A DNA stretch of 64,000 nt, taken from NCBI GenBank assembly GCA_951406725.2, contig OX597819.1, forward strand, positions 40,548,001 to 40,612,000, written 5' to 3'. The notes beneath the pieces are model-generated. The model made no database searches. It was given only the letters and a program-made list of their open reading frames with translations, and was not told the DNA's origin. Of this stretch, positions 1 through 11,345 are shown in pieces; the first letter of the stretch is position 1, and the number at the start of each line of letters is the position of its first letter. The position numbers and the translations under genes were made by a program. The stretch is from Octopus vulgaris (Eukaryota).

Positions 1-319
1 AATCGATTCTCATTCTGAACCAGAGTTCCATGTTAGTAAAGTATGCCAAAAATTCTTCTACCTTTGGGGACAGATAGAGATGTTTGATTTTTTTTTTTTT
101 CATTCCCTACTGTAAAAAGCAAGTTTAATCCTAAATTTAAGAAAGTAGAAAATAAAAGAAATGTCTGTTTGTCTCTCTTGTCAGACCCTCACCTTTGTTT
201 ATGACTATATCCACCCCTATGTATCTCTAGCCTTTGTCTCTGCCACTGTGCATCCTGCTCTCAACTATCTCATACACGTTACATCATCTTATTTTTTCAT
301 CTGCCTATGATTTCATTAT

Positions 320-532
320 ACCTATTTCTTTATTACCCACAAGGGGCTAAACACAGAGAGGACAAACAAGGACAGACAAACGGATTAAGTCGATTACATT
401 CGACCCCAGTGCGTAACTGGTACTTAATTTATCGACCCCGAAAGGATGAAAGGCAAAGTCGACCTCGGTGGAATTTGAACTCAGAACGCATTTCGCCCGG
501 CGTGCTAACATTTCTGCCAGCTCGCCGCCTTA
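320..532 (-). mobile_element. tRNA-derived SINE with Deu/Nin-like central domain
   Basis: Reverse complement reads GGCGGCGAGCTGGCAGAA...GAGTTCAAATTCC (A/B boxes)...GCCTTTCATCCTTTCGGGGTCGATAAATTAAGTACC; near-identical to the + copy at 53649-53880. Confidence 0.85.
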
Positions 533-850
533 TGGTTTCATTATACTGTTGCTCTTACCACCACCCTTTATGTACTGCTACTCATTACTGCTTCTTCCCT
601 GACCCACCCTTATTTTCCTCCACTATCCCCGTATATTAAATAAATGCCTAGATGGTCACAACCAGAATGTTTTTCAAGTGGATCTTGGGCTAAGACTATT
701 GAAAAGGTTGCAAGACGCAACGAAAGATTTAGAAAAATAAAAATAAGAAATAAGTGGAAATTTTACTGGTGAGTGTGTTAAATTATAAGGCACAAAAAGA
801 AAATTACTCTCCCCTGACACAACAGAATATGCTTCAACACACGAACTCAC

Positions 851-1057
851 ATAAAGAACCTTGCAAACCAAATCCAAAAACGAAACGAATCTAAATTTAT
901 ATCACTATTAATTCAAACAAGAAACGGTTCAAGGCTCACTAGGAAATCGCGTCTATTCTGACGTCTTCGTTTTCTTTTCACCAGTTAGTCTTTTTCTTAG
1001 GGAAAGTCGTTAATAGGAAGTAGTGACATCCATTCGTTTCTCAAATAGATTAATGAT
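851..1057. promoter_or_regulatory. Candidate bidirectional promoter / first-exon region
   Basis: Local CpG enrichment with TGACGTC (CRE-like) at ~959; consensus donor GTAAGT on + at 1058-1063 and GTGAGT on - at 850-845, pointing away from each other. Confidence 0.4.
1053..1057 (+). CDS. SCLY: Candidate SCLY first coding exon end (ATG AT|gtaagt)
   Basis: Phase-2 donor; splicing to 14094 gives [12 protein letters not shown] and a 1269-nt (422 aa + stop) ORF; other 5' exons cannot be excluded. Confidence 0.45.
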
Positions 1058-1924
1058 GTAAGTTGAATCATTTTGCTTGAAAAACGAATTGAAATTGTGT
1101 GGCAGTTATTTTGTCAATTAGACTAACGCAAATTGTGGTTTTAAAATATATATAAATTAATGAATTTCCCCAAATACACTTGACAGCATCCCTAAATAGA
1201 AATTTCTCGGGTGGTTAATACAAATCAATCATACATGTAACCACTATATGGCTATTCGACGTACTAGAAATAGCAGCCAAATTTCTATCAAATCACACAT
1301 TTTCTTCACAAAAGGATACATTCGATAATGTAGTTTGAAAAAAAGATGTTCATAAGTGAAATGCATTTGATCATAGAATCTGCTCCATTGAGGTTGAATT
1401 TTTTTTTTACTTTTTGCTGCCATCTGAATAAGGCCATCCAGTGTCTTCGTTTCTTTCATTTTCCCAGCTGTTACTGAAGTGCTCGAAGTTGTTTGTCATA
1501 TTGAAGTCCAATGAACTTAACCATCTGATTCCTACGTTCTTAAGTTTTCTGGTGATTTCTACTCGTCCGAGGACTTTTATTTCACTATCTGTATATGATC
1601 TCTTTAGTATTCGAACCGTACTGAACACGCTATATGTTACTGGAAACATTAAACGACGCTTTTATTGACATGAGTTTCACGTGTAATTGATTATTAGAAT
1701 TCATATATTCTGTCTGGAATGCATTTGACGATAGTTATGCTTGATGAGGGGACAAACTACGAAAGCAATATTTGATAAATGTTTTTAACACAGTCACAAG
1801 GCTAGAAATTTGAGGGCAGAGGAATTGTCGATTACATTGACTGCAGTACTTGGTGTTTGAAAATCCAATTTGATACTGGGACTGCTGAAGTTGATGTTGT
1901 TGAAGGGCTGGGTCTAGGGCCTAG

Positions 1925-2063
1925 TGGTACTTAATTTATCGACCCCGAAAGGATGAAAGGCAAAGTCGACCTCGGCTGAATTTGAACTCAGAACGTAACG
2001 GCAGACGAAATACGGCTACGCATTTCACCCGGCGTGCTAACGATTCTGCCAGCTCGCCGCCTT
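1925..2063 (-). mobile_element. tRNA-derived Deu/Nin-like SINE, partial
   Basis: Same head and core as 320-532. Confidence 0.8.
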
Positions 2064-2561
2064 ACTTTTTCTTTATCTCTCGCGCGCGCATACACACATC
2101 ATCAACATCATCATGTTGTGCTTTTTTCCATGCTAGCATGGATTGGGTTAGGTTAGTTATTTCATTTTGGCAGTTATTGCCCTTATAGACTGGTACACGT
2201 GCTTGTCATTTTGGCTTACCTTCTATGGCTGGATACCCTGCTTATTACCAACCATTTTACAGTGTACTGGGTGCATTTTATCTTGACACCAACACAAGAG
2301 AAGTAAAACATAACTAAAATGATCTCACAATCATATACTTTCTCTGTTCATTTGCTATCTACTTTTACAGTGTGCACTGGGGGATTTTTCTATGACACCT
2401 AGCACTAGAGAGATCATCAAATTCTCAGTGAAACTGGACTAAAGCACATCTTATTTACATTTAGCATATACTCTTGAGGTTGTACTAGTGGGAGTATGTT
2501 TTATATAGGGAATCTTGCTGAATGCATTCAAAATCAGAATGTCTTTCCTAAAGTAACCATT

Positions 2562-2901
2562 CTGAGACCCACTTCAGTCACGACACAGACCATGGGTTTA
2601 CACCTAGAAAGTTACCCTCCGAGGCACAAGTCTGGCCAAGGTTGTTTTTACGGAAGACCAGCAGTCACCCATACATACCGGCCTCCCCTCTCCACGCCAC
2701 CAGTGTTGTCCAAGGGAAAGGCAACGGCCGATACAGCCTGGCACCTGTGATGTCACAACCCATTTCTACAGCTGAGTGAACTGGAGCAACGTGAACTAAA
2801 GTGTCTTGCTCAAGAACACAACATGCAGCCCGGTCCGGGATTCGAGCTCACAACCTCACTATCGTAAGCTCGACTCTAACCACTGAGCCATGCGCCTTCA
2901 C
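2562..2901 (-). mobile_element. tRNA-derived SINE (second family) with 12-bp target site duplication
   Basis: Minus strand TGGCTCAGTGG (A box) and GCTCGAATCC (B box); AAAGTAACCATT at both 2550-2561 and 2902-2913. Confidence 0.85.
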
Positions 2902-3401
2902 AAAGTAACCATTACCTTAAATAAAATCAAGCTATGGGAAATTATTACAAATGTAAAATCTCAAATAACTACAGATCTGTTCTTAAGGTACTAAAAAACA
3001 CTTTCCAAAGTAGGTGACTAAAGCAATAACGTAAAACATTGAAATATCTTGTATCGCCATTGTTTTATGTAGTGTTTCTGAATGTAAGTCTTACGATTAA
3101 CATTATTTTACTGTTTTTATTTACAGTCAACAATTACTTTAGAATTCTCATGGAAAACTGTGCAATTTATTATGAGATAAGCACAACAGCACAACATTAA
3201 TGTTGTGTCAACACTAACAGATGACTGAAGATTAGCTAATTATATTGAGATCTGTTTTCGTTTGAGTGTTTTTTCTGTTTTTATAACTTGCTAATTTATT
3301 TCCACTTGATTTTGTTAGACATTTTATCACTTTCATTTTGTAAAGGTCAAGTATATTCTTAATATGAATATATATTCAGGAATATTATTATTGTATGAGT
3401 T

Positions 3402-3935
3402 CATCATCATCATCATCATCGTCATCGTTTAACATCTACTTTCCATGCTAGCATGGGTTGGACAATTTGACTGAGGACTGGCGAACCAGATGGCTGCACC
3501 AGGTTCCAATCTGATCTGGCAAAGTTTCTACAGCTGGATGCCTTTCCTAATGCCAACCACTCTGAGAGTGTAGTGGGTGCTTTTATGTGCCACCAGCATG
3601 AGGGCCAGTCAGGCAGTACTGGCAACGGCCATGCTCAGGTGGTGTTTTTTATGTGCCACCTGCACAGGAGCCAGTCCAGCGGCACTGACAACAACCTCAC
3701 TCGAATGTTTTTCATGTGCCACCGGCACAAGTGCTAGTAAGGCGATGCTGGTAACGCTCACGTTTGAATGGTGCTTTTTACGTGCCATCGGGATGGAAGC
3801 CAGTCATCGAATTTGTGAATTTGATTTGATTGATTTGATTTCACTTGCCTCAACAGGTCTTCGTAAGCAGAGTTTAGTATCTAATGTAGGAAAGGTACAT
3901 ATAAGTGGGCTGGTTCCACCCCTGGCATAGGCCAT
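3402..3935 (-). mobile_element. RTE LINE 3'-UTR copy with (GAT)n tail and ~60-bp internal repeats
   Basis: Matches the 3' end of the LINE at 9150-9405 and the copy at 54501-55230. Confidence 0.8.
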
Positions 3936-4030
3936 GGGTTATGTACGCATTATATATATATATACATACATTCATGCATACATACATATATATATACACA
4001 CACATACATACACACACACACACACACACA

Positions 4031-5142
4031 GAGTACTGTGCAAAAGTCTTCGGCCACTTCAAACTACTGTAAATTTCTACCAATTGCCAACCTATAAGTG
4101 GCTGTTTCACATTGCATTTTTTACTGATGAAACATTGGCCCTGTTGGAGTCATTTCCATATTTAATCATAGTTTGTAGTAGGGATTCAGAATGAGAGGGG
4201 AAGATGTGAGACGACCTCCAAACATGGCCATGCAAAAGTTTTCAGCCACCTCACATAAGCCAATCAAGATAAAGTTACTGTCAATTTTAACCAACTTTCT
4301 TGAACCATCACTTTTTTATGTATCCCCGAAGCATCAGGCTCTTTCCCGCAAACTTCACTGTTTTTGTCATGTAACGTGGGTTGTTTCACTTTCTAATAAG
4401 CGAGAATTTGTCAGAAGGCCTCCAGGAAAGCGAAACGATGAAAACAGTGAAGTTTGGGGGAAAGAGTCTGATGCTTCGAGGATACATAAAATGTGATGAT
4501 TCAAGAAAGTTGGTTAAAATTGACGGTAACTTGAATAGTGCCAAATACATCCAGTTGCTGAAGGACAATATGATGCTGGACTTGGATGACGGTGAAATTT
4601 TTCAGCATGACAGAGCTCCATGCCACAGATTGCATGCAACACAACAGAGTCTGGCTGATGAAGGTGTTACCGTATTGAAAGATTGATCAGCTCAGAGCCC
4701 CGACTTAAATATCATCAAGCAAATGTGGACAGAACTAAAGAGAAGAACCCATGCAATCTTAAAGGGTTGTAGAAGCTCAGCCACAGAGAATGGCATCTCA
4801 TACCTGTGAAAAAGGTGAAGGATTTGTACATTGAAGCAATTGTTCAAGCTAGGGAAGCCACACGAATATTAACTATGAAATGTTAATGTAACTTCTTGAA
4901 ATGAACATTATGTAGTAAATTTTCATTATAGACATTTTTCTGTTTTAAAACACTGTATCTTGAGTGGTTTTTGTGAGGTGGCTGAAAACTTTTGCATGGT
5001 CATTTTTGGGGTCGTCTCGTATCTTCCCCTCTTATTCAGAACCCCTACTACGAAATATAATGATTAGGTAAGGAAATGACTCCAACAAGGCTAAGAAACT
5101 TATAATAGTTTAAAGTGGCCAAAGACTTTTTGCACAGCAGTG
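4031..5142 (+). mobile_element. Degenerate Tc1/mariner DNA transposon with ~200-240 bp terminal inverted repeats
   Basis: Ends AGTACTGTGCAAAAGTCTT / AAGACTTTTTGCACAGCAGTG; transposase remnant TVKFGGKSLM...FQHDRAPCH...*SAQSPDLNIIKQMW (DD34E region, stop and E>K). Confidence 0.88.
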
Positions 5143-5850
5143 TGTATGTATATGCACACACACATACTCCCCCCCTCTCTCTCTCCCTCACAAAGTTTCT
5201 ATGACTGAGTCCATTGTCACTTGTCTGAAATGCTTGTGTTTTTGACAGTAACTTTATCACGAATCATGAATCAAACAAAAGACTGTCTGGGTCAATCATG
5301 CATGTATTTTGGGTGTGTGAAACCCTGAGTAACAATAGAGACTATATCAACTGTTAACATTGTAATTTTTACCTTAATAATGTAGAGTGGTTTGTTAACA
5401 AAACAAAAACGTTTTGAGAAACTGAAAGCTTTTATACCAAATTCTGAGTCATATTTGCAAAGATTTGCATCTGTAAACTGAGCAGTTACCAATATATATA
5501 TATATATATTGTTTGTGTGTGTGTATTTGTGTATTTGTATTTTATTTATGTAATGATGGGAATGTGGAGGCACATGGCTTAGTGGTTAGGGTGTTGGACT
5601 CATGATGGTAAGATTCTTATTTTGATTCCTGGAATAGACATATATTCTTGAGCAAAACACTCCATTTGGTGTTGCTCTCGTCCACTCAGCTGGTAAAAAT
5701 GAGTAATCTGGCATCCCTCACAAAATATACACCAGGGAGACCAGGAAATCAGCCCTATGGCTCTTATAGAGTAATGTGGACTAACCCAATGGTGCAGGGC
5801 AGGTCTGTATTACTTAATTAGAAAGTATTGTAAATAGTTTTACATCCTTG

Positions 5851-8800
5851 CAAGGAACACAGGTACAGGATTTTCTGGGCAGGGAACACTGACGGGGTTG
5901 GTGGCGTGGGTATACTTATCGCTGAGAAATGGATAGATAGAGTAATTGAGGTAATCAGAGTAAGTGACAGAATACTTAAGATTAGAATAGTGCTTCATAA
6001 TAGATTAGCAACCATTATATCGGCCTATGCCCCTCAGCCAGGGCTACCCGATGGACAGAAAGACAGTTTCTATGACACCCTACTGCAGACCACCTCATCG
6101 ACGAACGACAGGGACCTTCTCTTTGTGGCTGGTGATTTCAATGGGCATGTTGGACGACATGCTGGGGGCTTCCATGGCGTACATGGAGGCTACGGTTATG
6201 GTTCCCGCAACGAGGAGGGAACCAGGCTGCTGGAGTTCTGCAATGCGAATAGTCTTATGGTCTGCAACACTAACTTCAGGAAACCAACAAGCCACCTGGT
6301 CACCTACCGATCGGGCCGGCATACTAGCCAAATCGACTACATCCTTGCCAGAAAAAGGGAAAGATGGCTGCTTATAAATGCCAAAACCTTCCCAGGCGAA
6401 GAATGCACCCCACAACATAGACTGGTAGTTAGTGACTTTAGGATCAGGACTAAGAGGGCGACTAGAAGACGACCAACATGGAGAAGAAGGGTCTGGAAGC
6501 TTAAAGCCCCTGCGAATGGACAGAGATTTAGAGATATGTTACTTGAAGCCTTTGACGAAGTGGAAGGGGGTATAGCTACACATGGGGTAGAAGACAACTG
6601 GACGTTTCTGAGGGACAACCTGCTGAAAGCCGCTGACCAGATCTGTGGCTGGTGCAAAGTCCCCTTAAGACCCAAAATAACGTGGTGGTGGAACAATATT
6701 GTTGACAGGGCTATTAGACAAAAGAAACAGGCTTGGAAGGCCTGGAAGAACGGTGGTAGCAGGGAAGGGTATCAGACTGCCAGAAGGGAAGCTAGGAGAC
6801 AGGTCTATCTAGCCAGAGGGGAAGCAGATAAGAGAAAATTTGCCAATGTCCTGCGCCGTGAGGATGAAAGACTTGAGGTATTTCGTGTTGCAAGACAGTG
6901 TGTGAGAGAGAATCGTGATGTGGTAGGAGAGAAATGTGTTCGCATGGAGGATGGTTCACTTGCGCTAAATGAGGATGCAAAGAGAGAAGCTTGGAGACGC
7001 CACTATGAAAGGTTACTGAATGAGGAAAATGAATGGGATAAAGAGAGTCTGCCGAATGTTGACCCTACAGAGGGACCAGCTATCCGAGTTGATAGTTCCG
7101 TGGTAGCTAAGGCAATTAGAAGCATGAAGACAGGGAAAGCCCCAGGCCCATCAGGAATTACTGCAGAGATGCTCAAAATATCTGGCAGTGTCGGCTATAA
7201 CCTAGTCACCCGTATAGTCAACCAGGTGATACACGAAGGAGTCATACCCAATGACTGGTGCAGCAGCATACTAGTCAACTGCTACAAAGGTAAAGGTGAT
7301 GCCCTAGATACAAATAATTACAGAGGTATCAAGCTGTTGGATCAAGTAATGAAGGTTACGGAGAGGGTCATAGCCCAACTAATTAGAGAGAGAGTTAGTT
7401 TAGATGAGATGCAGTTTGGGTTCGTGCCAGGGAAAAGTACCACTGATGCTATATTCCTGGTAAGGCAGCTGCAGGAGAAATACCTAGCCAAAGATAAGCC
7501 CCTGTACCTGGCTTTCGTTGACATGGAGAAAGCTTTTGATAGGGTCCCCCGATCCCTTATCTGGTGGTCAATGAGGAAACTAGGGATAGATGAATGGCTG
7601 GTGAGGACTGTGCAAGCCATGTACAGAGATGCCGTAAGTAAGGTTAGGGTTGGCAACATGTACACAGAAGAATTCAAAGTAGAGGTTGGGGTCCACCAGG
7701 GTTCAGTACTCAGCCCCCTCCTATTTATCATAGTACTCCAGGCAATTACGGAGGAATTCAAGACAGGCTGTCCCTGGGAGCTCCTCTACGCTGACGACCT
7801 TGCTCTTATTGCTGAGTCACTATCAGAACTGGAGGAGAAGTTCCAGGTGTGGAAGGAGGGTTTAGAATCAAGGGGCCTTAGAGTCAACCTAGCTAAAACC
7901 AAAGTACTAATAAGTAGAAAGGTAGACAATCCACAAATATCTTCAGGAAGATGGCCCTGCTCGATCTGTAGAAAAGGTGTAGGTAGAAACTCTATAAGAT
8001 GTACCCAGTGTAAGCTATGGACACATAAGAGGTGCAGCAATGTCAAAGGTAGGCTAACTGGGAAGATAGTTTTTGTATGTGGCAGATGCTCGGGAGCATT
8101 AACCTCCGAAAATCTGCAGAAAACAACTTCCGTCACTTTCCAGGGGGAAAAACTAGAAGTAGTTGATAGCTTCCGTTATCTAGGTGACCAAGTCAGTAGT
8201 GGGGGTGGGTGCGCTGAAAGTGTAACTGCTAGAATAAGAATAGCCTGGGCAAAGTTTAGGGAGCTCTTACCTCTGCTGGTGACTAAAGGCCTCTCGCTCA
8301 GAGTAAAAGGCAGACTGTATGATGCGTGTGTACGAACAGCCATGCTACATGGCAGCGAAACATGGGCCGTGACTGCTGAGGACATGCGTAAGCTCGTGAG
8401 GAATGAAGCCAGTATGCTCCGATGGATGTGTAATGTCAGTGTACATACTCGACAGAGCGTTAGCACCTTGAGAGAAATGTTGTACCTAAGAAGCATCAGT
8501 TGTGGTGTGCAAGAGAGACGATTGCGCTGGTATGGTCATGTGGCGAGAATGGATGAAGATAGGTGTGTGAGAAAGTGCCAATCCCTAGCAGTTGAGGGAA
8601 CCCGTGGAAGAGGTAGACCCAGGAAAACCTGGGACGAGGTGGTGAAGCACGACCTTCGAACTTTAGGCCTCACTGAGGAAATGACCAGAGACCGAGACCT
8701 TTGGAAATATTCAGTACGTGAGAAGACCAGGCAGGACAAGTGAGCCCAGCCCACTTATGAATGCCTTTCCTCCCTTGGACACAAAGACCGGTTGAGGCAA

Positions 8801-9405
8801 GCGAAGTCGATATAGAACCTCATCCGACGACAGACACCCATGCCAACCCCCCATGCTTGCGAAGACATGTTGGGGCAAGCGAAATCGAAATCGAAACCGA
8901 ATTGAACCAGCCAGGATCCCTGGCCTGGTGGTACGTAAAAAGCACTATCCGACTCGTGGCCGTGGCACGTAAAATACTCCAATGCGACCGTACGACAGGC
9001 ACCCATGCCAACCCCCTTTGCTTGTGAAGACATGTTGGGGCAAGCGAAATCGAAATCGAATTGAACCAGCCAGGATCCCTGGTCTGGTGGTACGTAAAAA
9101 GCACTATCCGATTCGTGGCCAATGCCAGCACCGCCTCGACTGGCTTCCGTGCCGGTGGCACATAAAATACACCAATCTGACCGTGGCCGTTGCCAGCCCC
9201 GCCTGGCACCTGTGCAGGTGGCACGTAAAAAGCACCCACTACACTCACGGAGTGGTTGGCGTTAGGAAGGGCATCCAGCTGTAGAAACATTGCCAGATTA
9301 GACTGGAGCCTGGTGCAGCCTTCTGGCTTCCCAGAACCCCGGTCGAACCGTCCAACCCATGCTAGCATGGAGAACGGACGTTAAACGACGATGATGATGA
9401 TGATG
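5851..9405 (+). mobile_element. Young 5'-truncated RTE-clade LINE
   Basis: Open APE+RT frame, ~660-bp 3' UTR, (GAT)n tail, candidate 7-bp TSD ATCCTTG at 5844-5850 and 9406-9412; lies in the putative SCLY first intron. Confidence 0.93.
5852..8743 (+). CDS. RTE ORF: AP endonuclease (N-truncated) + reverse transcriptase + embedded PHD-type zinc finger
   Basis: YAPQ, GDFNGHVG, SQIDYIL (APE); FVDMEKAFDRV, GVHQGSVLSPLLF, LYADDL (RT); RLRWYGHV, RGRPRKTW (RTE C-terminus); frame open upstream of the called GTG at 5906 to the insertion edge. Confidence 0.92.
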   Translation, partial: KEHRYRIFWAGNTDGVGGVGILIAEKWIDRVIEVIRVSDRILKIRIVLHNRLATIISAYAPQPGLPDGQKDSFYDTLLQTTSSTNDRDLLFVAGDFNGHVGRHAGGFHGVHGGYGYGSRNEEGTRLLEFCNANSLMVCNTNFRKPTSHLVTYRSGRHTSQIDYILARKRERWLLINAKTFPGEECTPQHRLVVSDFRIRTKRATRRRPTWRRRVWKLKAPANGQRFRDMLLEAFDEVEGGIATHGVEDNWTFLRDNLLKAADQICGWCKVPLRPKITWWWNNIVDRAIRQKKQAWKAWKNGGSREGYQTARREARRQVYLARGEADKRKFANVLRREDERLEVFRVARQCVRENRDVVGEKCVRMEDGSLALNEDAKREAWRRHYERLLNEENEWDKESLPNVDPTEGPAIRVDSSVVAKAIRSMKTGKAPGPSGITAEMLKISGSVGYNLVTRIVNQVIHEGVIPNDWCSSILVNCYKGKGDALDTNNYRGIKLLDQVMKVTERVIAQLIRERVSLDEMQFGFVPGKSTTDAIFLVRQLQEKYLAKDKPLYLAFVDMEKAFDRVPRSLIWWSMRKLGIDEWLVRTVQAMYRDAVSKVRVGNMYTEEFKVEVGVHQGSVLSPLLFIIVLQAITEEFKTGCPWELLYADDLALIAESLSELEEKFQVWKEGLESRGLRVNLAKTKVLISRKVDNPQISSGRWPCSICRKGVGRNSIRCTQCKLWTHKRCSNVKGRLTGKIVFVCGRCSGALTSENLQKTTSVTFQGEKLEVVDSFRYLGDQVSSGGGCAESVTARIRIAWAKFRELLPLLVTKGLSLRVKGRLYDACVRTAMLHGSETWAVTAEDMRKLVRNEASMLRWMCNVSVHTRQSVSTLREMLYLRSISCGVQERRLRWYGHVARMDEDRCVRKCQSLAVEGTRGRGRPRKTWDEVVKHDLRTLGLTEEMTRDRDLWKYSVREKTRQDK

Positions 9406-9667
9406 ATCCTTGATTAATCACCCAAATAATTTGAATTTTTCTTGATCTTTTAAAAAAGGTTTTTTGCTCCTTGACTGATTTTAAGCATGGTATGTCAATA
9501 CTAACTGTCTTGTAACACAGAAACACGGCTGTCATCTAATACTTAAGACATCTGATTTAGTATCTGTTAGTTAATCTAATAAAAGTAATTGTAACCTGCG
9601 CTCTAGTGACGTGTATTTAGTTCAGTTGTGAATATAAAAGAAAGAACAAAAATGTCTAACACATTGT

Positions 9668-9671
<4 letters not shown>

Positions 9672-9728
<57 letters not shown>
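9672..9728. repeat. (TA)n microsatellite
   Basis: Direct reading; similar tracts at 25895, 43520-43690, 51960, 62720-62780. Confidence 0.95.
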
Positions 9729-9732
<4 letters not shown>

Positions 9733-11117
9733 ATGTTGTAAGGTGGCTGTTAATTGGTCATGGTTTATTTTCAACTTGAGTGCTAAAAGGGAATGACCTT
9801 TAAGGGAGAACCTGTTTAGTATCATGGGTAAATTGTTAAGCGTATAAGAAAAACTGGTTAGGCGACTTCTGTGTGGGAAATGACAATGAATTTTTCGTTT
9901 TACAAATTTATAGGTAACTTATATTAAATTACTGTTTCAGTAGTAATGTAGTGTAGTGTAGTGTAGCGTCAAGAAGATTCTTTAGTCTTGCCAAGGAAAT
10001 GACAACTTCTCTTGTGCTGATACCATGATAAAATGTACCCAGGACACTGTGTACTGGGTCCATTTTATCACGGCACTTAAACACTAAATTGGTTTGTATT
10101 AGGGCATCCACCTGTAGAAACCAAGCCAAAAATGGTATATGAGCAAGGCCTTCTGATCTGTCTGGGGAGGCAATAATTTCAAATAAGAACTGGCTTGGAT
10201 GATAATCCAACCAATGCCAGCTTGGAAAGTGGGTGTAAAATGATGCTGGTGATAATGATTATGATGACAACAACAAGAGCAAAGATACAAAAACCTCATG
10301 TTTAAATGCTATTGTCTTTAATCCTCTATATAAGCTTTTCTCTTCACATGATTATTGTCTGAAACATTCAAACATGTTGGTTGGAGAAAAACTATTGACT
10401 TAAGACTACTCTAAAATAAATTGTAAGAATTAAACTTACATGGAAATTAGCCAGCTTCTTTCCTTTTTTTTTTTCCCTTTTCCCCCAAATATTAGGAAGT
10501 AGCTAATTAGTGCTTCAGACACTTAGAAAAGTTCTTGCTAATGTAAACATTTTGCTAATTATGTATGACATTTAATACAACACACAATTCAATTATGTGT
10601 CTTATATTCTATGACAATTCAATTACGTGTCATATATTCTATGACACACATTTCAATTTTTATAACTGGGCCCCTGCTTAGTGGTATGGTTGTAAAACTA
10701 TGCTCAACATTTTATTGGCTATTACTGCTAAAATATATATAGTAAGTCCCATCTCACCCTTTATCAATACTTTTGTCTATCCTAGTTAGATTTGGGTCAG
10801 TGATTTCTCAGAGTCCCTAATTGCATTCCTCCCCTTGTGATTTCTCACGTCCTCTCCCATTTTGATATGTCATTTAGTAATTCTTTCACCATTACACTTT
10901 TTACAGTAGCAATTATTGAAGTAGTCTATGACTTTGTTAATGGCAATCAAATAGCAATCTTATTTCAGTGGACCATAAAAGTTCCATTTGCTTTAATGCT
11001 AAATGTGTTGTTGGGAAGGCCAAAAGTATTGTAAGTGCCATCATAATAAGGATTAAAATAAAAGAATACAGTGAAATCTTTGCAGCACAAATCTTCCATT
11101 TAATTTAATATCTACTT

Positions 11118-11345
11118 TAAGGCAAGCAAACTAGCAGAAGTGTTTGCATGCCAGGCAAAATACTCAGCAGCATTTTGTCTGTCTTTACATTCCAAGTTCA
11201 AATTCTGCTGAGATCAACTTTACCTTTCATCCTTTCAGGGTTAATAAAATAATTGCTATTTGTACCCTGGGATCATTGTAACCAACTTACCCCCCCCCCT
11301 CGCCGCCTCTCCTGAAATTCCCCTTGTGTCGAAATTTGAAACTAA
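11118..11345 (+). mobile_element. Deu/Nin-like SINE, diverged
   Basis: GTTCAAATTCTGCTGAG...CCTTTCATCCTTTCAGGG core; further copies near 17870 (-), 21427, 28828, 36855, 37068, 40160, 40420, 46470, 47415, 56105, 59929. Confidence 0.7.

Noticed and set aside
1735-1775. TTGATGA...CGAAAG hammerhead-like words
   Set aside because: C3 missing and no stems I or III
6027-9368. Overlapping and antisense ORFs within the LINE
   Set aside because: Shadows of the GC-richer RT frame and UTR repeats; no independent motifs
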